This document shows positions 58,327 through 64,000 of a stretch of 64,000 bases of DNA, piece by piece. The notes beneath the pieces are model-generated. The model was not told the DNA's origin. It searched no databases and saw nothing but the letters and a program-made list of their open reading frames with translations. This DNA is from an uncultured candidate division Zixibacteria bacterium (lineage in GTDB: Bacteria > Zixibacteria > MSB-5A5 > GN15 > FEB-12): positions 2,976,001-3,040,000 of the forward strand of contig OY760907.1 in assembly GCA_963664195.1 (NCBI GenBank). Direction: 5' to 3'. Position 1 is the first letter of the stretch, and each line of letters begins with the position of its first letter. The translations under genes and the position numbers were made by a program.

Positions 58327-59649
58327 ATGGAAAAACTCGATATCATTTCTCAGATCAAGGAACAGGACGGCCTGTTGTCCCTTCCTCAGGCCCTGGCCGA
58401 GATTCTTCGAGAAGTTGACAACCCTGATTTTAGTGCCGAAAGCCTCGCAAAAATCATCCTTAGAGACCCCTCTCTTACCGGCAGGATTCTGAAACTGGCA
58501 AACTCTTCAATGTACCAGCGGCGCACGCCTATTACGAATGTCCACCAGGCAGTGCAATTGCTGGGAGCGACCACCGTGAAATGCCTGGCGCTATCGACAT
58601 CGGTATTCCATCCTGACCAGATTCAGGAGAGTTCCGGCATTGATGCCCAGATGTATTTCGCCAACGTATTGACCGTAGCCTCAGCCTGTGAGAAAGTCGC
58701 CGAGAAAGTGCAATTCAAGCGTGTAGAGGATGCATTTGTGGCCGGTTTGCTGCACGACATCGGCACGATGTTCTTTATGCACCACTATCCAGGCGAATAC
58801 CGTCTGGTCGTTGATGGACGCGTTCCAAAGGCGAGGACCACGTGTGAAGCTGAGCGTATGGTCTTTGGTGTGGATCACTGTGAGGCCGGCTACCATCTTG
58901 CGACGCGGTGGCGCCTGCCGTCCTATGTAGCCGATGCTATCCGTCAGCACCATACCCCCGAGGACTCGGAGAAGGCAGATCAGATAACGAACATTGTCGG
59001 CCTGTCGTGCCTTTTGAACGAAGAGACAACTACGGGCTACCGTATGGATCTCGAAGATCGACTGAGGGCTATCAACCGTGCCGCCGAGGCTTTGGATATG
59101 TCCAAAGAGGATGTCGATGCCGTGTCCGTGTCGCTGATGGCTTCCACGATTTCTGTCGCCGAGTATCTCGGTGTTGATATAGGCGACATTGAGGAGATGC
59201 TCACTCGTGCCAACCAGGAGATCTGGAGCACGTACCTGATGATCGAAAACCTGTTCAAAGAACGTCAGGAAATGAGTAAGAAACTCCTCCAGCAGGAACG
59301 CGCACGTGGAGCATACGAGTCCAAGACGATTGCCATGGCGACGCTGTCGCATTATCTGAACAACGCCGCGATGGCGATATCCGGCCGTTCGCAGTTGATG
59401 CGGATGCAGTTCAACAAGGGCAACGAGGATGGGCTTCGCCAGGGCATGCCCGGTGCGTTGGATGTCATCGACAAGTCCATCAAGAAGATGGTCGCTGTGT
59501 TGGCAGAGATGTCGGAGATATCACCAATTGATGAGGTCGAATTCCTCAGCACGTCAAAGGCGATGAATATGGATGACCGTATCGCCAGGCGAATGACTGA
59601 GATGGACGGCAACGAAATTGTCTCGCGAGAGACAGAACTCTGCTCCTGA
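58327..59649 (+). CDS. HDOD-domain protein with C-terminal HisKA/DHp-like helix pair
   Basis: LP...DPSLT..ILKLANS, AGLLHDIG, DH.E.G..LA..W.LP and HH. C-terminal TLSHYLNN. Confidence 0.88.
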   Translation: MEKLDIISQIKEQDGLLSLPQALAEILREVDNPDFSAESLAKIILRDPSLTGRILKLANSSMYQRRTPITNVHQAVQLLGATTVKCLALSTSVFHPDQIQESSGIDAQMYFANVLTVASACEKVAEKVQFKRVEDAFVAGLLHDIGTMFFMHHYPGEYRLVVDGRVPKARTTCEAERMVFGVDHCEAGYHLATRWRLPSYVADAIRQHHTPEDSEKADQITNIVGLSCLLNEETTTGYRMDLEDRLRAINRAAEALDMSKEDVDAVSVSLMASTISVAEYLGVDIGDIEEMLTRANQEIWSTYLMIENLFKERQEMSKKLLQQERARGAYESKTIAMATLSHYLNNAAMAISGRSQLMRMQFNKGNEDGLRQGMPGALDVIDKSIKKMVAVLAEMSEISPIDEVEFLSTSKAMNMDDRIARRMTEMDGNEIVSRETELCS

Positions 59650-59657
59650 AGTGTACG

Positions 59658-59688
59658 AAAACGGCCGGTTGACCCGGCCGTTTCGTTT
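59658..59688 (+). terminator. Probable terminator
   Basis: AAACGGCCGG-TTGAC-CCGGCCGTTT. Confidence 0.65.
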
Positions 59689-59703
59689 GTGTATCATCTT
59701 CTC

Positions 59704-60903
59704 ATGCTTAACTACCTGACCGCCGGGGAATCCCACGGCCCGCAACTGACCGCAGTAGTCGACGGGTTGCCGTCCGGACTGTCTATTGACATTGATCGGT
59801 TGAACCTGCAACTGGCACGTCGTCAGCGGGGATACGGGCGTGGCGGGCGTATGAAGATTGAGCGGGATGAGGCCGCGTTTGTGTCGGGGCTTCGAGGTGG
59901 GGTAACTGTCGGAAGTCCGGTGACGATCGTCATTCCCAACCGTGACTGGCCCAACTGGCAGGAGATCATGGATCCTCTGAGGCCGGTGTCTGACAATCTC
60001 GACCTGAAGCAGGAACGCCTGGCGCATGAGACCACGAAGCCGCGTCCGGGTCATGCTGACCTGGCCGGGGGAGTGAAATGGAATCATCATGATCTGCGCA
60101 ACGTGCTCGAACGCGCTTCGGCGCGTGAAACTGCAGCGCGGGTTGCAGTCGGAGCGCTGACTCGGCAACTGCTGGAGTATTTCGGAGTACAGTTCCTTTC
60201 GCATGTAGTTCAAATCGGTTCCGAGACGCTTCGTGTCGCGCCGGACTACAGTGATCTGGTGGAGTTGGATCGTCTGGCCGACGCCTCTGAGGTGCGCTGT
60301 ATCGATCCAGAGACATCCGAGAAGATGATTGCAGGTATCAAAGGAGCCCGCAAGAAGCGCGACTCCCTTGGTGGCGTGGTCGAGATTGTTGTGCGTGGTC
60401 TTCCCGTCGGTTTGGGAAGTTGCTCACAGTGGAGCGGGAAGCTCGACGGCCGGTTGGCGGGCGCGATGATATCTATCCAATCCGTCAAAGGCATAGAGAT
60501 CGGCAGGGCATTTGAATCTGCCGGGATGCGTGGCTCAGAAGTCCACGACCAGATTTACTACGACCCCGATGGTGACCCTGTTCGCAAACGGTTTTACCGA
60601 CGGACCAACAATGCGGGTGGAATCGAGGGTGGCATGACCAACGGGGAAGACGTCGTGTTGAGAGTTGCCGCCAAGCCGATTTCAACTCTGAATCAGCCGC
60701 TTGACACAGTCGACGTACAGTCAAAAGAGGCCGCGAAGGCTATGGTGGAGCGGACCGACAACTGTGTAGTTCCGGCTCTTGGCGTAATTGGAGAATCTGT
60801 GGCTGCGCTTGTTCTTGCCGACGCGTTCCTTTCCAAGTTCGGCTGCGACAACATGACCGAGATTGAGCGAAACTACCAATCCTGGCTGGCTGCCGAATAC
60901 TGA
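59704..60903 (+). CDS. aroC: Chorismate synthase
   Basis: TAGESHG, RRQ.GYGRG.RM, PRPGHAD, ERASARETA and NNAGGIEGGMTNG. Confidence 0.97.
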   Translation: MLNYLTAGESHGPQLTAVVDGLPSGLSIDIDRLNLQLARRQRGYGRGGRMKIERDEAAFVSGLRGGVTVGSPVTIVIPNRDWPNWQEIMDPLRPVSDNLDLKQERLAHETTKPRPGHADLAGGVKWNHHDLRNVLERASARETAARVAVGALTRQLLEYFGVQFLSHVVQIGSETLRVAPDYSDLVELDRLADASEVRCIDPETSEKMIAGIKGARKKRDSLGGVVEIVVRGLPVGLGSCSQWSGKLDGRLAGAMISIQSVKGIEIGRAFESAGMRGSEVHDQIYYDPDGDPVRKRFYRRTNNAGGIEGGMTNGEDVVLRVAAKPISTLNQPLDTVDVQSKEAAKAMVERTDNCVVPALGVIGESVAALVLADAFLSKFGCDNMTEIERNYQSWLAAEY

Positions 60904-61003
60904 TCACTTCGTTGATTTCAGACATCGCTATTGATCTCCTTAACAAATTAGTTGCTCCCCGCGTATTCATGTCTTAGACTTTGCCGAATCATAAGGAGAC
61001 AAC

Positions 61004-62494
61004 ATGCAGTACAAATTCTCTTCAGACGACATTAAGAAACTCAATGTGGAAACTGTAGTGTGTTTTACTACCCAGTCTGACAAGATTGGCAAACACCTCA
61101 AAGAGATCGATAGCGCTACCGGGCGCGGCGTGACGGCGTTGCTGACATCCGGCGAATTCTGCGGCAAGGCTGGCGAGGTAGCATCGTTTACCAATCCGAC
61201 CGGCTACAAGGCGACCCGTCTCCTGCTGGCCGGACTTGGCGACGAGAAGGACCTGACTCCCGATTCTTTCCGCAAAGCGATGGGGACGCTTTCACGCAAC
61301 AACGGACTGTGTCTTGCGAAGAGCGCGGCAGTGCATTGTTGTGGGGCAACGCATGTCCTGTCGTATGCGGCACTCATCGAGGGATACATCCTCGGCTCGT
61401 TCAAGCATCTCGACTACAAGACCGGTGAGGCTAAGACAGACAAGTCTCGTTTGGCCGCGATGACTTTTGTAGTCGACCAACCCTCGGATATGGCTGTCCT
61501 CAAGAAGGGCATTCATCGCGGTCGCATTATCGCGGAAGGACAAATCATCACTCGCCTGCTGGCTGCGACGCCGGCCGCTGATCTCACTCCGCGCTTGTAT
61601 GCGCGCAAAGTGCAGCAGTTGGGTCGCAAGCACGGCTTCAAGGTGAAGGTGCTCGACAAGAAGGCTATAGTCAAAGAGAAGATGGGCTGTTTTCTCAGTG
61701 TCGCTGCCGGTTCCGAAGAACCGCCGACATTCATCATCATGGAATACAAGGGTGGCAGAGCCGGTGACAAGCCGGTGGTGCTCGTTGGCAAGGGTGTAAC
61801 GTTTGATTCCGGTGGCATTTCCTTGAAGCCCGGACTGAACATGCACGAGATGAAGCAGGATATGGCCGGCTCCGCTGCTGTAGTTGGCGCTATGTGCAAC
61901 GCTGCCCGTTTGAAGCTCAAACTGAATGTGGTAGCGCTGATTCCGGCGACAGAGAATATGCCGTCGGGCCATGCAACGCGTCCGGGTGACATTATCAAGT
62001 CACGCAAGGGCAAGACCGTTGAGATTATCAACACGGATGCTGAAGGCCGTTTGATCCTGGCCGATGCTCTCGATTACGCCAACAAGTTCAAGCCGCAGGC
62101 AGTGATTGATATTGCCACGCTGACCGGCGCGTCGCTCTATATTCTCGGATACGCGGGTGCGCCGATAATGGGTAACGACGAGGAGCTTCTGAATCGTATT
62201 AACGATGCTGCCGATGCGACCGCGGAACGGGTCTGGCCGCTGCCGATCTGGGACGATATGCGTGAGCAGATGAAATCCCCGATTGCCGATTTGGTCAACT
62301 CGGGTGGCCGTCCGGCCGGAACGATTGCCGCCGGCGCGTTCCTGGAATACTTCATCGGCGACTGGCCTTGGGCGCATATCGACATTGCCTACTGTGATGC
62401 CGAACCCAAGGGGCGTCCGTACATTCCAAAGGGCGCGACCGGTTTTGGTGCCAGACTTCTTACGGAAGTCCTGGCCAATTGGAAAAAGCTCTAG
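61004..62494 (+). CDS. pepA: Leucyl aminopeptidase (M17)
   Basis: VGKGVTFDSGG, MKQDMAG, NTDAEGRL.LAD, ATLTGA and WAHIDIA. Confidence 0.96.
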   Translation: MQYKFSSDDIKKLNVETVVCFTTQSDKIGKHLKEIDSATGRGVTALLTSGEFCGKAGEVASFTNPTGYKATRLLLAGLGDEKDLTPDSFRKAMGTLSRNNGLCLAKSAAVHCCGATHVLSYAALIEGYILGSFKHLDYKTGEAKTDKSRLAAMTFVVDQPSDMAVLKKGIHRGRIIAEGQIITRLLAATPAADLTPRLYARKVQQLGRKHGFKVKVLDKKAIVKEKMGCFLSVAAGSEEPPTFIIMEYKGGRAGDKPVVLVGKGVTFDSGGISLKPGLNMHEMKQDMAGSAAVVGAMCNAARLKLKLNVVALIPATENMPSGHATRPGDIIKSRKGKTVEIINTDAEGRLILADALDYANKFKPQAVIDIATLTGASLYILGYAGAPIMGNDEELLNRINDAADATAERVWPLPIWDDMREQMKSPIADLVNSGGRPAGTIAAGAFLEYFIGDWPWAHIDIAYCDAEPKGRPYIPKGATGFGARLLTEVLANWKKL

Positions 62495-62514
62495 TTTCGA
62501 AGACAGGTTATGAG

Positions 62515-62548
62515 AAAAAGAAAAGCCCGCCAATGGCGGGCTTTTCTT
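62515..62548. terminator. Bidirectional intrinsic terminator
   Basis: A-run, then AAAAGCCCGCC-AAT-GGCGGGCTTTT, between convergent genes. Confidence 0.88.
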
Positions 62549-62569
62549 ATGTCTTGATGTCGCGGCCGG

Positions 62570-63622
62570 TTATTTGACTGCAGCCTTTGACCATGCCGGG
62601 GAACCATCGAGTCCGGGGCCGGTCAGTCGCACGGCGCCGTTGCCGGTGATATCGCAGATCCAAACTGAACCGTCGGTGGTGCCAAAAGTCAGCCATTTGG
62701 AATCAGGCGAGAACGACGGGGCGGTGCTATAGATTGACGCGCCCGGGGGAGGTGCAAACACCAGATACTCCTCGGAGAAGTCGGCCGGGGCAATGAACAA
62801 TCCTTGATTGGACATGCTGTTGCCGACGTAGGCTATCCACTTGCCGTCCGGAGACCAGGCCGGTCCGACCATATCGGGTTTCCTGCCGGACATGGCGCGC
62901 ACGGAGTCCAGCGGAATCTGGAACGCAGACTTGTTGGCCCTGGCCAAACCGCGGGATTTGAAGCCGGAACCCTGCATTCCTGCCTGCTTGACTGTGATGA
63001 AGTGCACAAATACGATTTCGCCGTTGGCATTCATGGTCGGATTCTTGAAATACTCCGGCATGTTTTGCCAATCCTTGCGAAGAACAGACACGTGGGCACC
63101 GGCCGAATCCATCGTGCAAACCTGGTAGTTCGGCATTTCCGGATCACATAGATTGGCATTCATGTCACGGTAGTAGACGATTGACTTACCGTCGACGCTC
63201 CATTCGGGATCGCGACTGCCAAGATTGTTTGTCAGACGTCTCCAGAAGAACGTGTTGCCGGTTTTGCCGGAGTCCACGTAGGCGACGAAGATGTCGTAAA
63301 CCTTGTGCATGCCACCCATGTTGTCCGGGGCGCTAAGAGTTGCTTTGCCGGAGCGGGTGAAGGCGATTCGTTGGCCGTCCGGGGCCCAGCTCAAGCGGCC
63401 CTCGGCGTTGCCGACTTCGCAGACTTTCGTCTGCTTGGCGCCGGTAGCTTCCATGGTCCAGACGTTCTTTTCGCGCAGGAAGGCGATTTGTCCCTCGGGG
63501 GCGCCAATAGTACCAGCCTTGGAGGCCGGCATTTTTTCCGCGCAAAGAGCAAACGATACGAAAACAAGTGTGCAAGCCAGAGCAAGGCACACCACTTTAG
63601 TGAGAAGCGGCAGTCGATTCAC
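62570..63622 (-). CDS. Exported TolB-like (PD40) beta-propeller protein
   Basis: Signal peptide plus W.PDG..IAF, PAWSPDGKWIAY and PSFSPD repeats. Confidence 0.85.
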   Translation of the reverse strand: MNRLPLLTKVVCLALACTLVFVSFALCAEKMPASKAGTIGAPEGQIAFLREKNVWTMEATGAKQTKVCEVGNAEGRLSWAPDGQRIAFTRSGKATLSAPDNMGGMHKVYDIFVAYVDSGKTGNTFFWRRLTNNLGSRDPEWSVDGKSIVYYRDMNANLCDPEMPNYQVCTMDSAGAHVSVLRKDWQNMPEYFKNPTMNANGEIVFVHFITVKQAGMQGSGFKSRGLARANKSAFQIPLDSVRAMSGRKPDMVGPAWSPDGKWIAYVGNSMSNQGLFIAPADFSEEYLVFAPPPGASIYSTAPSFSPDSKWLTFGTTDGSVWICDITGNGAVRLTGPGLDGSPAWSKAAVK

Positions 63623-63708
63623 GTTACTATGGTCTCCTGTGCAGTTTCTGGGTTCGTAGCCAAAATACGAAGCAGACAGAGCCTGTCAACCTCTTTAGTT
63701 CGCTACGA

Positions 63709-64000
63709 CTACCAGGAGAAGAATCTCTTGATCTCGATCTTGCCCTTCACGCCGGAAAACGCAAGGTCAACACGACCATCGGGAGTACCGTCGTAGCTGG
63801 CGACAATCTCCTCGTCCTGGGAGTTATACCAAGCAACGTTGTTAAAGTTCAGGTACAAGTAGCCCATCTCGGCACCGATAGCGAGATCCCAGAACTTCAG
63901 CGGATAGTCCGCTCCAAGGTTGAAACTGAATCCGGGGGCGCTTCCCTTGTAGGTGGTGTTTTCCTCGTCCGCGGCTGAAGTGGAGAGATTCAGATTCTGA
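63709..64000 (-). CDS. C-terminal part of an outer-membrane beta-barrel protein (start lies beyond the window; not in the ORF track)
   Basis: Hand translation: ...PGFSFNLGADYPLKFWDLAIGAEMGYLYLNF...GVKGKIEIKRFFSW*. Amphipathic strands with a terminal aromatic residue. Confidence 0.7.
   Translation of the reverse strand, partial: QNLNLSTSAADEENTTYKGSAPGFSFNLGADYPLKFWDLAIGAEMGYLYLNFNNVAWYNSQDEEIVASYDGTPDGRVDLAFSGVKGKIEIKRFFSW

Noticed and set aside
62570..63622. Calling this gene or 7833-9050 tolB of a Tol-Pal system
   Set aside because: Only PD40 propeller repeats are seen, with no TolB N-domain and no adjacent pal/tolA.
1..64000. tRNA, rRNA, integrase, transposase or prophage genes
   Set aside because: None recognised. 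The intergenic gaps are short and mostly explained by promoters, terminators and REP-like repeats.

Overview
A gene-dense bacterial chromosomal segment (roughly 55% GC by eye). I found no rRNA, tRNA, CRISPR array, prophage or transposase. The gene complement and the recurring C-terminal dockerin-like motif '(G/A)xxDxxxxxTMGDLTxLIDxLF' suggest an FCB-superphylum diderm, most like candidate phylum Zixibacteria (inference). Content in order: a TCA operon (sucD-korDABG-ndk-larA-like-mdh-icd); hbd-ackA; envelope genes (two cyclophilins, dxr-rseP, lepB, ccmAB, ccmE); a cobalamin riboswitch ahead of btuB and a BtuG-like beta-propeller; an S9 peptidase; a fused E1 alpha/beta 2-oxoacid dehydrogenase; a TPR-membrane protein-exbB-exbD-exbD-tonB cluster plus a second tonB; a Zn-ribbon and Hel308/Ski2-like helicase-wHTH pair; a Lon with degenerate ATPase motifs; miaB; an atypical sensor and HDOD pair; aroC; pepA; and a TolB-like gene. 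The best candidate for an undescribed system is a non-cellulolytic cohesin-dockerin assembly: a secreted cohesin-like/BACON-repeat/dockerin scaffold beside a dockerin-tagged M1 aminopeptidase, with the same tag on the putative B12-capturing beta-propeller. The second candidate is a possibly SOS-controlled helicase operon with a nested wHTH start. All domain calls are by-eye motif recognition, not database searches.
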